64,000 bases of DNA from Candidatus Latescibacterota bacterium. GTDB lineage: Bacteria; Latescibacterota; UBA2968; UBA8231. Shown here one piece after another: positions 37,464 through 47,742 of this stretch. The DNA is taken from assembly GCA_965203355.1 (NCBI GenBank), contig OZ241889.1, positions 864,001-928,000 of the forward strand, given 5' to 3'. The notes under the pieces are model-generated. The model made no database searches and was not told where the DNA came from. It saw only the letters and a program-made list of their open reading frames with translations. Both the position numbers and the translations under genes were made by a program. Position 1 is the stretch's first letter; every line of letters starts with the position of its first letter.

Positions 37464-39569
37464 TTAGAAAGCCTGACCAATAGAAAAATAAAAGTGCCGC
37501 CGCTGATACAACCGCCGCCACCCCTGTTTCGCGTCAGATTGGTTGTCGAGGGAGCCATCGCTGAAGGCTATGTCGAGCCGAAGGGGAAAGCCCAAAGCGT
37601 AGCGCAGCCCCACTCCATAGCCATCGACCATACTTCGCAAGGTCGCTTGGTTTGGCTTGCGCCAGACCTGCGCCCGATCCCAAAAGCCTACAAAGCCGAA
37701 GTTGTTGCGCTGATAGCGCAATTCCCCGCGCATATTCAGGCCGAGGCGTCCGCCACCCGGTGCGTTTATGGCGTCTTGCTCAACGCCGCGCAGGGAACCC
37801 TCGCCCCCGTATGCCCACCAGTATTTCTGCGGCAACCGCCGTCCCTCGCGCAGTGAGGCCGCTCCTCCTCCTTGCAGGGCCAGGGCTAACACCAGCCGGC
37901 GCGAGACCGGTTGGTAATACATGAATGCGGCGTCGCCATCGATCACATAGGTCTGACGCTGCCCTAAAATGAACGAATAGGCGTAGCGTCCGGTCAACCG
38001 CAAGAGTGCGCCGCGCATGGGGGCAAAGGGGTCGTTGCGCGAGTCGCGCAAAAACTCGGTCTTCAAGTTGACTGAGCGCTCGCGTTCGGTCAGAATTCGC
38101 AACCAGTCCGCGGTCGCTGGAATTTTGCCGTCGCTGTAGTCTATGCCGTGGTCTTGGGTGAAGAAGTTGCCTTTGCCAGAGAAATCGAACTCGGAGTCGT
38201 CAAACGGATCGTCTGCGTCGATAGGATCGTCGCTGTCTTCTATGTCAGGTGAATAGGCAATCGGCTCGCTCGAGTCGGGCCGGGTGCGCGAGTCTTCCGC
38301 GCTAAGGGAGACTTGGGCTTGGTATATCTCGCGCCAGCCCTTGGTGAGCGTTGCTTCGGCTTTCCACAAGTGCTCGACCGAGAGGTATTCGAAGGTGGCT
38401 GTCCGTATGTACTCCCGTGTGATTGCTTCCCCGCCAAAGGGAAAGGACAAAAAGCCCTGAAGGACCGAATCGTTGGCCGTCAGGAGCGCGACTTGTCGCG
38501 GGTCGTGCGGGTTGCCTTGTTGCTTGGTTTGCCGCCATTCGTCCGTGACGCCGGCCGACAGGACCAAGTCGGCACCCGTGCCCAGCAAGTTGCGCTCGGT
38601 GAAGGACGCGGTGACGCCCTGTTCCGGCTGTCCCCAACTGGCGTCGAGGCTGAGCCGAGCCCCTCGGCCCAGCCAGTTGTTGTGCTGTACGACCCCTTTC
38701 ACACGCGGCTCGATGTTGCTCAAGAAAACTTCGCTGCTTAGAGCGATGCGCTTTTTTTCTTGCAAGCGAACCACAACGGGTTGCAAGCTGTCGCCGGTCT
38801 CAGGGGTGAGCAAAAAGACCGAGCGGAACAGGCCGGTCCTCGCCAGTTGCTCGCGGCTTTTGGCTAGCTGTTCGGGGTTGTACAAATCCCCCTGTGCAAA
38901 GTGTAGATAGCGCTCGATTACCTCCTTGCGCGTGTATAGGCGGTCGAGGTTTTCGACCTCGACGGCACCGAAGTACATCTTGCGCCCGGGATCGATGTGG
39001 AAGACAACCTCAGTACTGCGGTTGGCGCGGTCGTCCCCCACCCACTCGTTGCGGACCGCGGCGTGGGGATAGCCGCGCTGATTGAGGAAGACCTGTAGTT
39101 GGCGCTCGCCTTCGAGCACCTTGCCGTAGTTGAGCGGTGCGCCGGCGCGCAAGCCGACCTGAGCGCGCAGGGCGTCGGCTGAGAAGGGGGCACCTCCAAC
39201 GAGCGTTAGCGCGCGCACGGTCCACAGTGAGCCACTGTCGATTTCAATGTGAATGTGGACTCGGTTTTTGGCGTCCAAGCGCAGGAGTTTGCGGACGATT
39301 TCGGCGTCGCGATAGCCTTTGCCGTAATAGAGATTGACCAGTCCGCTAAGGTCGTTTTTGAAGAATCGGCGTTGGAAGCGCTTGCCCTCTTGGGTCAGCA
39401 TGGCCGAGCGCAAGGTCTCGCCTTTAATGCGCTTTGCGCCTTGGTGTACGAAGCGTATCTGAGCCACCTTGTGCCCGTCGGCTTCGCGGGCCGATATTTC
39501 GCGCAGCTCGGCTTGGGCCAAGGCGGTTGCGGCGAGCGATAGACAGAGCACGGCCGCGAGCGCACTCAC
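37464..39569 (-). CDS. tamA: BamA/TamA-family outer-membrane protein
   Basis: Signal peptide, POTRA repeats, GGEGSLRG, C-terminal YFSIGQAF. Confidence 0.88.
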   Translation of the reverse strand: MSALAAVLCLSLAATALAQAELREISAREADGHKVAQIRFVHQGAKRIKGETLRSAMLTQEGKRFQRRFFKNDLSGLVNLYYGKGYRDAEIVRKLLRLDAKNRVHIHIEIDSGSLWTVRALTLVGGAPFSADALRAQVGLRAGAPLNYGKVLEGERQLQVFLNQRGYPHAAVRNEWVGDDRANRSTEVVFHIDPGRKMYFGAVEVENLDRLYTRKEVIERYLHFAQGDLYNPEQLAKSREQLARTGLFRSVFLLTPETGDSLQPVVVRLQEKKRIALSSEVFLSNIEPRVKGVVQHNNWLGRGARLSLDASWGQPEQGVTASFTERNLLGTGADLVLSAGVTDEWRQTKQQGNPHDPRQVALLTANDSVLQGFLSFPFGGEAITREYIRTATFEYLSVEHLWKAEATLTKGWREIYQAQVSLSAEDSRTRPDSSEPIAYSPDIEDSDDPIDADDPFDDSEFDFSGKGNFFTQDHGIDYSDGKIPATADWLRILTERERSVNLKTEFLRDSRNDPFAPMRGALLRLTGRYAYSFILGQRQTYVIDGDAAFMYYQPVSRRLVLALALQGGGAASLREGRRLPQKYWWAYGGEGSLRGVEQDAINAPGGGRLGLNMRGELRYQRNNFGFVGFWDRAQVWRKPNQATLRSMVDGYGVGLRYALGFPLRLDIAFSDGSLDNQSDAKQGWRRLYQRRHFYFSIGQAF

Positions 39570-42500
39570 CGGAATTCTCGCTTCAGGCCAATGCCCAGCC
39601 CATAGCTATCGTACTTGCTTTGCGCCGAGCCGACGATGGTCAGAAAGGACTTGATTTTGTGCTCAATCCGCACCTCGCCCGCGGCCATCTCTTTTAGCAG
39701 GGCCTCGTAGCGCACCCAGAGGGGTAGGGGCAACCCGCCGAGGTACTTGCCCGCCCGCAAGGCGGGATCCCCAGGATCGGCCCCGGCGATTGCACTCGAC
39801 GGCAGGACCATGAACTCATTGAGCCCCACCTTTTCGACCTGTTTGCTCAAGAGTTGGCCGGCGGCCGTAAAGGCCGCAGCGTAGTCAAGATCGGCCACAT
39901 CGGGATTAGCCATGTTAAAGACCAGCAGGTTGATGATACTCAAATCTTCTAGTAGCTGTGGCGCGTCCGGGTCTTCCGCTTCCGCCTTAAAATCCGGCGC
40001 AATCTTCTGAGCCGACCCTTTCAGCGTCAGGGTCACGTCGTACTTGTAGCCACTCTTAATGTCTGTGATTTCCGCGACTTTGGCCTGCAAATCGAGCGTG
40101 GGATTCAGTTCAAAGGGGTCGTACATCACGTCGAGAATGGAGCCAGTCGGTGCTAAGCGGTTTAAGACGACGCGCCCTTGGGTGATGTTGAACTCCTGAT
40201 TGAGTACGAAGACCTGCCCTTGGTCTAGGGTGATGTCGCCTTGGAAGAGCGGCTTGTAGAAGGTGCCATCGATCTCGACCGCGCCCGATGCTTCGACCTC
40301 GGCTAGCTCGCTGTCGAGGGCGAGTCCGCGGAGCTCAACCTCGACCGCGAGGGCCATGTTCTCCAAAAATTCGTCGCGCAGTGCCGGCGGTGGCGGGGGT
40401 ACGGGCAGCGCGAGGACCACGAGGCTCGTCTCGGTCGTTGGTCGGTCGAGGCGGACGCGCCCGGCTAACTTGGACGCGCTGAGCGAGCCGGCGAAAGACA
40501 GATCCATGTCGATGTCGTCCGCCTTAAAGGACTGCCCAACGTCCTCGTAGTAGGAGGTCAGCCGCTCGGCTTGGAGCCGCAAGTCAAAGCTAGGGTCGTC
40601 GAGCCGCGACAGGTCGATTTGCCCGGCGAGCGACGCGCTGCGAAACCCTCGCTTGGGTTCTTTCTCGACCGAGAAACCCACCAGCTCGACCTGCCGATCC
40701 TTGAATTGCAACTGTCCGTCGGGCAGCGCGTAGATCGGCTCTAAGCCGAGGAGGGCAAATTCGAGACCTGCGACTCCTATTTGGCCTTGCAATGAGAGCG
40801 TTGAGTCCAACCCCGCGACCCGGAGATCGGCGCTGATCCGTCCGTCGAGATGGTCCAGTTCGGCTATTAGGTCGCCGAGGAAGAGGAGGCCGATGCCGTT
40901 GGAATGCACTTTGAGCCAGCCCTCGTCTAAGGAGAGTTCGCCGGCTTGCAAGTCCCAAGGTACGCGGCCGGTCGCGGTGAGGCTGTCGTCGGGCGAGGTC
41001 GTCCAGTTCAAATGCCAATCGCCGCCATCCCGGTCGCCGACGAGCCGGCCGCGGAGTGCTCCCAAATCTGTGGTTTGCACGGCCAGATCAGTGGCAACGC
41101 GCGGATCGGCTGCTGTGCCGCTGACGGCGGCGTCGAGTTGGACCAGCCCTTCGGGGCCGCCGAGGAAAACCAAGTCCACGTCTTTGAAGGCCAATTCCAT
41201 TTTCGAGGGCTTGGCGCCTGCTAGTTGGCCAGCTAACCGCAAGCTGCCCGCCGGTTGGTAGGCGAGGTGATCGCGGTCGTAGCGCCGTAGGCCTATCGCT
41301 ACCGAGTCGAGGACCACGCGGCCTTCGCCGAGCGCGAATCGCCCGCCGGACAGGAGGTCCAGCCGCAGCGAGTCGGCTGACGCTTGGCTCTCGATGGCCA
41401 AGCCGTGTACGTCGATATGGCCAGACAAGTCCCGCCAGCTCGGCATGGAATCCCCTAAGGCCGCTGCTAAGTGCCCGTCGAGATCGAGCCACCCGTGTAG
41501 CGGGCGTCCTAAAGCATGACTGAGCAGAGGCCCCAAGTTTGCGGCTTTCGCTTTGATCGCGAGTTGGGCGGGAGCGGCCCCCGGCCCGAAGAGCGGCGCG
41601 GCGGGGCAGGTGAGCGCGAGGCTCATACCGGCATCGGCGGTAAACTCGGCCACGAGCGAATCCGCCAGCGCGAGGTGCAGCCGCGCATGGCCGAGGGCGA
41701 GGGTATCGAGGCGCATCTCGGTTAGCGTTATCGCGCCCTGTGCTTCCGGCCTCGCTAGCGTCCCGCCGATCCGCAGATGCCCGCCGCCCGTTGCGCTGAG
41801 ATCGGACGCGAGGTTGGATAGCTCAAGGGCGGATAAATCCGCTGCAACGGAGAGCGAATCCCGCTCGACCCAACCGGCAAGGCCCACTCGGCCGACGGGC
41901 GTTTGCAGGTGTAGCGCGGTGAGAACGATGCGCCCGTCGCCATAGTCGGCTTGGAGGGAACCTTGGTTTTGCAGCGTCCATTTCCCTTGCCGCAACAGGA
42001 GCGAGTCGAGGGAGAGGCTCGCTTGAACGGCGTCTAGGTCCGCTAACGGCCCGTCCCAGCGCAGAGCACCGCCCAATGCGGCCACAGCACCATCTACGCC
42101 CCGCAGCAGGGTATCGGCAAAATCCGCTTGAGCCGTTAAGTGCCTGTCCGCGTCTAGTTTCGCCAGTACGCTCACGCCCGTCCCCCCGCCGGACACCCGC
42201 GCTGCACCTTGGTCCCAGTTCGCGTTCAGGGCGAGTTCTCCGGTCTGCCACCCCGCGTACGCTAGCGGCGTGGTCGCCACGCTTCCGTCGAGTCGCAGCG
42301 CGTCGAGTGCCAGTCCGCCTCCCCCGCGCAAACTCGCGTTGAGCCGCCCGCTCAACCCGGGCGCGAGCCGCCCTACGGCCAGTCCGTCCACATTCGCCAC
42401 CAGCGTATCGACCTCGCTGTGCTCTAAGTCAATGTCTGCCCGCGCTATTAGGAGATCGCGCTCTAAGCGCAAATCCGCCGCGAGGTAGCGGTTGGCGGCG

Positions 42501-43840
42501 AGGTGTAGATCCGCGGCGAGCGGCCCGAACTCCTCGCCCATTGGACCGGGGAGATGGCGGGTCGTTAGCTGCAACGCCAGCGCATCGGGCTTGGCCTGCC
42601 CGGCGATAGCTATGGGCGCGGCACCGCGCAAAAAAGAGGCCGCCTGCAACGAGCCTTCTAGCGCGAGGTCGTACCTTCCCTCCAAGTCGGAAAAGCCGGT
42701 AGCTACCAACGCCAGCGGGGACGATTGCAGGTCGAGACGCGTCGCCCCATCGGGCCGGTGCCAAGCCGTTATCTCGGCGTCGAATCGCCGATCGGGAATT
42801 AGGTCTAAATCGCGCAGGCGGACGGCCAAGTCCGCCGCATAGTGCCGATGCTGCAAGTGCATTCCAGCCGCTAGATCGAACTCCGCCCGTCCCGCAAAAG
42901 GGGCCGCGTGTGCGAGGTTAAATCCCTCGCCCCGCAGTTGGGTTTGCAAACTGTCGCGGGCAAAGAAATAAGTCGCTTCGCCCGTCAGGGTGCCGTCGAA
43001 CAAAGAGACGAGCAGCGAATCCAGCACTAAGCGCGTGTCATTGACTCGCATGTTCCCGCGCAGATCCACAGCCGAGACCGCGGGCGCGTTCCCTTGGCCC
43101 CTGAGCGTCCCGCGCAGTTGCAGCGGCGTCAGTGCCCCGTCTATCTCCGCTGCTAAGGACCCCCGGGCGGAACTGGCCTCCACCGTTGCCGTGGCCTCCA
43201 CCTGCAAAGGCCGCGGCAATCTCAGCCCCAAGGAAAACGAGGCGTGCAGGTCGGTTTTTAGACTGTCGCCAGCACCCACAGCCCGGACCGCGCCGCGGTC
43301 AATGCGGTGCGGACTGAGCGCGAGATCCAGCGTTAGCGAGCGCAGCGGCACGCCCTGCAAGCCGGACAAGGCCAGTGCTAAGTGTCCCGAGGTATCGGCC
43401 AGTGCTCGATATGCACCGCGCCAGTCCTGTGCCACGATCCGCGTTTCGCCCAACTGCCAATCGAGGGCACCGGCTTTCGCGTTGAGGTTGGGGAGGAAGG
43501 CGAGGGGTAGTTCGATGTCTGCGGCTGCGGTAGTTGAATCGGCCTCGGTGCTTGGCTCGATCCGCACCTTGGGTGCCTGTATGTCGACTTCCCAAGACCA
43601 CGGCCACAAGGCGACGTGCTCGGCCTGGACGCTCACCCCGAGTGCGGGGTTTTTGCAGCGCACGTCGGAAAAGGAAAACGCGTAGAGCAAGCCGCCCCGG
43701 CGGCTGCCGATGGAAACCTGCCATCCCCCAACTCCGCGCTCCAACAGGTGCGCGAGGACGGCCGGCCCTATGGGCGTGACCGCGACGAGGACCAGGACGG
43801 CAACCAAAACGACCGCCGCCCCAAGCAGTTTCCTCTTCAT
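39566..43840 (-). CDS. tamB: Translocation and assembly module TamB
   Basis: N-terminal anchor, long beta-rich body, DUF490-like C-terminus; overlaps the tamA start. Confidence 0.82.
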   Translation of the reverse strand: MKRKLLGAAVVLVAVLVLVAVTPIGPAVLAHLLERGVGGWQVSIGSRRGGLLYAFSFSDVRCKNPALGVSVQAEHVALWPWSWEVDIQAPKVRIEPSTEADSTTAAADIELPLAFLPNLNAKAGALDWQLGETRIVAQDWRGAYRALADTSGHLALALSGLQGVPLRSLTLDLALSPHRIDRGAVRAVGAGDSLKTDLHASFSLGLRLPRPLQVEATATVEASSARGSLAAEIDGALTPLQLRGTLRGQGNAPAVSAVDLRGNMRVNDTRLVLDSLLVSLFDGTLTGEATYFFARDSLQTQLRGEGFNLAHAAPFAGRAEFDLAAGMHLQHRHYAADLAVRLRDLDLIPDRRFDAEITAWHRPDGATRLDLQSSPLALVATGFSDLEGRYDLALEGSLQAASFLRGAAPIAIAGQAKPDALALQLTTRHLPGPMGEEFGPLAADLHLAANRYLAADLRLERDLLIARADIDLEHSEVDTLVANVDGLAVGRLAPGLSGRLNASLRGGGGLALDALRLDGSVATTPLAYAGWQTGELALNANWDQGAARVSGGGTGVSVLAKLDADRHLTAQADFADTLLRGVDGAVAALGGALRWDGPLADLDAVQASLSLDSLLLRQGKWTLQNQGSLQADYGDGRIVLTALHLQTPVGRVGLAGWVERDSLSVAADLSALELSNLASDLSATGGGHLRIGGTLARPEAQGAITLTEMRLDTLALGHARLHLALADSLVAEFTADAGMSLALTCPAAPLFGPGAAPAQLAIKAKAANLGPLLSHALGRPLHGWLDLDGHLAAALGDSMPSWRDLSGHIDVHGLAIESQASADSLRLDLLSGGRFALGEGRVVLDSVAIGLRRYDRDHLAYQPAGSLRLAGQLAGAKPSKMELAFKDVDLVFLGGPEGLVQLDAAVSGTAADPRVATDLAVQTTDLGALRGRLVGDRDGGDWHLNWTTSPDDSLTATGRVPWDLQAGELSLDEGWLKVHSNGIGLLFLGDLIAELDHLDGRISADLRVAGLDSTLSLQGQIGVAGLEFALLGLEPIYALPDGQLQFKDRQVELVGFSVEKEPKRGFRSASLAGQIDLSRLDDPSFDLRLQAERLTSYYEDVGQSFKADDIDMDLSFAGSLSASKLAGRVRLDRPTTETSLVVLALPVPPPPPALRDEFLENMALAVEVELRGLALDSELAEVEASGAVEIDGTFYKPLFQGDITLDQGQVFVLNQEFNITQGRVVLNRLAPTGSILDVMYDPFELNPTLDLQAKVAEITDIKSGYKYDVTLTLKGSAQKIAPDFKAEAEDPDAPQLLEDLSIINLLVFNMANPDVADLDYAAAFTAAGQLLSKQVEKVGLNEFMVLPSSAIAGADPGDPALRAGKYLGGLPLPLWVRYEALLKEMAAGEVRIEHKIKSFLTIVGSAQSKYDSYGLGIGLKREFR

Positions 43841-44658
43841 TCGGACTTAAGGCGGGTCAGGGCCTTGGACACGTGGAAGAGCGAGTCGGGCAGCGGCGCG
43901 TACGTCATGGTCTTGATCTCGCGGTCTAAGCGGAACACTTGGCTTGGCTTCTCTTTTTGGGGCAGTTTGACTGAAGCCGTCAAGGTCGAGCGCAGCGCAA
44001 AGCCCTTGAGTTCCTCGGTGCTTTCTAACTCGTCGCGCAGGGCTTCGTGGTCTTCTAGCGCTTCTAGCCCACCGCCGATTACCGATGGATAGGACGTGCT
44101 GGCCTTCTGCAAGCTCACAAACGCTGCGATCTCCTGAAAGCCGGGGAAATCCTTGGCAATGCAGGCATCGTACGTGTAGCGGTTTTCGCGGCGGAGCTTT
44201 TGGGTTTTGGGGTCGAGGTAGCGGGCACGCATTTGCGCGATGACCCGCTGGCAGGGGATGCCAGCGATACGCGCCGTGTCTCCTGGCACCTTGACCCTAA
44301 GGGCCATCTGCGCCCCCGCTGGCGGCTTGGCCACGGCCTTGCGCGCCGGAGGAGCCTTCTGCGCGACGAAGGTCTGGGCCGTCAGGTCGATTTCGTACAC
44401 CTGCGCTTGGTCTAGTCGCAAGATGGTGCTGGTATTGAGCGACTGGCCCTGTTGCCGGAGGGCCTTGGCCATTTTCGCGTCGGTCTCAATCTGCTGTTCG
44501 ACCCGCTGGCTTTTGCCCTTGATGTAAATCTTGTGGGTCGTTTTGCGCGCTCCGGTTTTGTCTTTGCCAAAGCCCCGATTGACGACCTCTTCCTCGAAGT
44601 ACACATCGGCACCAGTGCCCGCGGCACTGACGAGCAATGTACACAAGAGTAAGATCAT
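43837..44658 (-). CDS. Secreted hypothetical protein (DUF4412-like)
   Basis: Signal peptide MILLLCTLLVSAAGTGA; IAGIPC and LPDSLF-V motifs; GGAGG RBS. Confidence 0.65.
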   Translation of the reverse strand: MILLLCTLLVSAAGTGADVYFEEEVVNRGFGKDKTGARKTTHKIYIKGKSQRVEQQIETDAKMAKALRQQGQSLNTSTILRLDQAQVYEIDLTAQTFVAQKAPPARKAVAKPPAGAQMALRVKVPGDTARIAGIPCQRVIAQMRARYLDPKTQKLRRENRYTYDACIAKDFPGFQEIAAFVSLQKASTSYPSVIGGGLEALEDHEALRDELESTEELKGFALRSTLTASVKLPQKEKPSQVFRLDREIKTMTYAPLPDSLFHVSKALTRLKSE

Positions 44659-44721
44659 GCTCGCACCCTCCTGTATTTTGAAATGATAATATAGCGAAAC
44701 GCAGGAATTCGCCCACAAAAC

Positions 44722-44812
44722 AAAAGACTCCTGCCCGCAAGGGCGAGGGGCAGAAGCTTGATGGCATCGAGGGGATTCAATAAAAAGACCCCTGCCCGCA
44801 AGGGCGAGGGGC
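44722..44812 (-). terminator. Two tandem near-identical intrinsic terminators (30-bp direct repeat at 44722-44751 and 44783-44812)
   Basis: AAAAGACYCCTGCCCGCAAGGGCGAGGGGC twice with one mismatch; hairpin plus U-tract on the minus strand after the peptidase stop. Confidence 0.8.
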
Positions 44813-44838
44813 CTTGGAACGGCTTGCTGAGCCTGCTG

Positions 44839-45513
44839 TTATTCGTCTGAGCCGCGCATGAGCAATAGGCCGACTAAATTTAGCACGGCGGTCGCGGCGG
44901 CGGCTACGTAGGTCATGGCGGCCGCGTTGAGCACCCGCCGCGCCGAGCGCACCTCGTCGTTGGCTAGGTAGCCTTGCGAGAGGATGGCCATGGCACGCGA
45001 ACTGGCGTTGAACTCCACCGGCAGGGTGACGATTTGGAACAGGACCGCGCCGGCGAAGAACATGATGCCGATATTCATCAGGCCAGTGGCCCCGAAGAAC
45101 ATCCCCGCTAGAATCAGGGGAAAGCCCAGCGACGAGCCCAAGTTGGCGATGGGCAGGATCGCGTGCCGCAAGTTGAGCGGCGCGTAGCCGTGGGCGTGTT
45201 GGATTGCGTGGCCGACCTCGTGCGCCGCCACGGCCAAGCCGGCTAGATGGTGCCCATGGAAGTTATCCGAAGAGAGGCGCACGACTTTGGCGCGGGGATC
45301 GTAGTGATCGGAAAGCATCCCGCGCGTCTCCTCGACCGACACGTCGTAAATGCGTTGCTGTTGCAGGATGCGCCGTGCGGTCTCAGCCCCCGAAAGCTGC
45401 GCGGCCGAAGCCACTTGGCTGTACTTGCTAAAGGCACTGCGGACCCGCATTTGGGCCCAAGCGACCAAAATCATCGGCAGAATGAAAAACGGGTTGAAAA
45501 GAAACGAAAACAT
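44839..45513 (-). CDS. Neutral zinc metallopeptidase (YugP-like)
   Basis: LSDHYDP, AAHEVGHAIQ, TLPVEFNASSRA, AAAMTYVA. Confidence 0.93.
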   Translation of the reverse strand: MFSFLFNPFFILPMILVAWAQMRVRSAFSKYSQVASAAQLSGAETARRILQQQRIYDVSVEETRGMLSDHYDPRAKVVRLSSDNFHGHHLAGLAVAAHEVGHAIQHAHGYAPLNLRHAILPIANLGSSLGFPLILAGMFFGATGLMNIGIMFFAGAVLFQIVTLPVEFNASSRAMAILSQGYLANDEVRSARRVLNAAAMTYVAAAATAVLNLVGLLLMRGSDE

Positions 45514-45620
45514 CTCCTCATCTCCTCAAATATGCGAAGGACTTCTATTGGGACGCTAAAGGAACGCGCAAGGTTTCTAGCAGGATAACGAAAGCACCTG
45601 AAAATTGCAAGATCGGGGAA

Positions 45621-46286
45621 TTAGACCTTCTCTTCATCTTCAACCGGAAAGGAAAGAGCCGGGGGTACAAAGACGCCGGCCGAGACGATCATCTTTAGGG
45701 CCTCTTCGACGCCGAGGTCGGTGGGACGCAACTGTTCGGGCGGCACGATGAGCATAAAGCCGGTGGTGGGATTCGGGGCCGTGGGCACGAAGATGCTGTG
45801 TGCTGGTGCTACTTCGTCCTCGCGGGGTACGTTGCCGGCCAAAAAGCCCAAAGTCCACAGCCCGGTGCGCGGATATTCGACGAGCACGACTTTCTCGAAG
45901 CCGGCCTTGCCCGGAGAGGTCAGCGACTCCACGAGCTGCTGTATGGGTGCGTAAATCGTGCGCACCAACGGCAGGCCCTCCAGCGTTTCGCGGGCGAATT
46001 GCCACAGGCTGCGGCCAACCACGTTGGTGGCGAGTGCGCCGACGATCCACAGAATGACAAAGGTCAGCACAAAGCCCAAGCCGGGGATGTGGAAGGCGGG
46101 ATCGTCGACGAACGGCTTGGCCATTTGGCGAATCAATGGCGCGGAGAAGGCATCGGCCCAGTTGAACAGCGTCTTGAGCACCCAGCCAGTAACCCACAAG
46201 GGTGCGATAATGGTCAGGCCAGCCATTATCGTGCGCCGCAACCGCTGTAGCCAAGTCGGGCTTTTGCGGGGGGGCGTATCACTCAT
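45621..46286 (-). CDS. DUF502-family membrane protein
   Basis: PLVRTIY, VVLVEYPR, FVPTAPNPTTGF, VEEALKMIVSAG. Confidence 0.9.
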   Translation of the reverse strand: MSDTPPRKSPTWLQRLRRTIMAGLTIIAPLWVTGWVLKTLFNWADAFSAPLIRQMAKPFVDDPAFHIPGLGFVLTFVILWIVGALATNVVGRSLWQFARETLEGLPLVRTIYAPIQQLVESLTSPGKAGFEKVVLVEYPRTGLWTLGFLAGNVPREDEVAPAHSIFVPTAPNPTTGFMLIVPPEQLRPTDLGVEEALKMIVSAGVFVPPALSFPVEDEEKV

Positions 46287-46403
46287 GGCGTACATTGTAT
46301 TTATATATACACATTGGCGTTTTTTGAATATCCAATCGGCTAAAAATACTGTCAATACAGAGCACAGGCTTACGCTTTTTGCACGGGTGCCTATTTTATG
46401 TTT

Positions 46404-47072
46404 ATGACGGCCATTTTACTCAGCGGCGGCATGGACTCGACCACCTTGCTCTGGTGGCTAAAAGCGCGGCAACAAGGCCCCATCCACGCCATTAGCATTG
46501 ACTACGGCCAGCGTCATCGCGTCGAACTGGAATGCGCCGCCCGCCTCGCTTGCCGCGCTGAAGTCGCCGCCCACGAGACGCTGGCCTTGGATTTGGTGGC
46601 CCTAGCGGGCAATCCCCTGACCGACCCCACGCTGGCCGTGCCCGCGGCTGAGTCCAAACGCCAACGCGACACCGTCGTTCCCTTCCGCAACATGCTCTTT
46701 GCGACGCTAGCAGCGGCGTATTGCACGACAAAGGGCCTTGTCGATCTGTATATGGCTCCGGTCAAAGACGACTACGCAGCCTACCGCGATTGCCGTCGTC
46801 CCTTTTACGACAGCCTCGCACAAAGTCTGCGCTTGGGGGCTGCTCACGACGCGCCGTGGGCGATTCACACGCCCTTTGTCAAGCTGTGGAAGCGGGATGT
46901 TGTGGCTCTTGGGCTCAAGCTCGGCGTTCCTTACGCAGAGACCCATACCTGCTATGAGGGCTGGCGGCCGGCCTGCGGCTTGTGCGACGCTTGTTGCGAG
47001 CGGTTGGCGGCCTTTGCGGCGAATCGGGCTGGCGATCCGCTGGCGTATGTCGCTGGTGAGCAGACGCTGTGA
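46404..47072 (+). CDS. queC: 7-cyano-7-deazaguanine synthase
   Basis: LLSGGMDS, DYGQRH, VPFRN, YRDCR, TCY...CGLCDAC. Confidence 0.93.
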   Translation: MTAILLSGGMDSTTLLWWLKARQQGPIHAISIDYGQRHRVELECAARLACRAEVAAHETLALDLVALAGNPLTDPTLAVPAAESKRQRDTVVPFRNMLFATLAAAYCTTKGLVDLYMAPVKDDYAAYRDCRRPFYDSLAQSLRLGAAHDAPWAIHTPFVKLWKRDVVALGLKLGVPYAETHTCYEGWRPACGLCDACCERLAAFAANRAGDPLAYVAGEQTL

Positions 47073-47719
47073 CCGCCCGCGCGACAACGCTGCAAATGCC
47101 AGCCGAAGCGCGCGCCGGTCGCCTACCGGTGTGGAGCGACTCGGGGCGCGTCCTGCAGATCAACGAGATATTCTACTCGATTGAGGGCGAGGGCCTGCGC
47201 GTCGGCGAGCCTACCACTTTTGTGCGTTTGGCGCGTTGCAATTTGCGCTGCCCGTTTTGCGACACCGAGTTCGACCGCTTCACGCCCATGGATGTCGAAG
47301 ACATTGCCGCCGAGGTGGCGCGTCACCCAGCCGAATGGGTGTGCTTGACCGGCGGCGAGCCGTTGGGACAAAATCTCGCGGCGCTGGCTGGCCGGCTCAA
47401 GGAAGCGGGCTACAAGCTCCACATCGAGACCAACGGCACGATCGCGCCCGATGCGGTGCTATTCGATTTGATCGACCATTGGACCGTGTCGCCGAAGTGC
47501 TACCCGGTCGTCGCCGGTTTTGCGCGCATTACCGAGCTCAAATACGTCGTCGGCAGGGCGTTTCGCGAGGAGCGCGTTGAGGAGCATCGCGCCGACTTCG
47601 TCTATTTGCAGCCGGAATCCTCCGAGCCGCGCTACATACAGAAGGCCCTTGAGATCCTCAAGCGCCATCCGCGTTGGCGCCTTTCCACCCGCATCCACAA
47701 GACGCTCGACCTGCCTTGA
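47069..47719 (+). CDS. queE: 7-carboxy-7-deazaguanine synthase (radical SAM)
   Basis: EIFYSIEGEG, CNLRCPFCDT, LTGGEP, IETNGT, VSPK, YLQP. Confidence 0.93.
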   Translation: MTARATTLQMPAEARAGRLPVWSDSGRVLQINEIFYSIEGEGLRVGEPTTFVRLARCNLRCPFCDTEFDRFTPMDVEDIAAEVARHPAEWVCLTGGEPLGQNLAALAGRLKEAGYKLHIETNGTIAPDAVLFDLIDHWTVSPKCYPVVAGFARITELKYVVGRAFREERVEEHRADFVYLQPESSEPRYIQKALEILKRHPRWRLSTRIHKTLDLP

Positions 47720-47742
47720 GCAAACATATCAAAGGATATCCC

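Noticed and set aside
44722-44812. Mini CRISPR array (30-bp palindromic repeats, 31-nt spacer)
   Set aside because: Only two repeats, no cas genes in the window, and each repeat is a hairpin plus U-tract right after a stop codon.
46287-46403. preQ1 riboswitch upstream of queC
   Set aside because: AT-rich divergent promoter region without the preQ1 stem-loop and A-rich tail.
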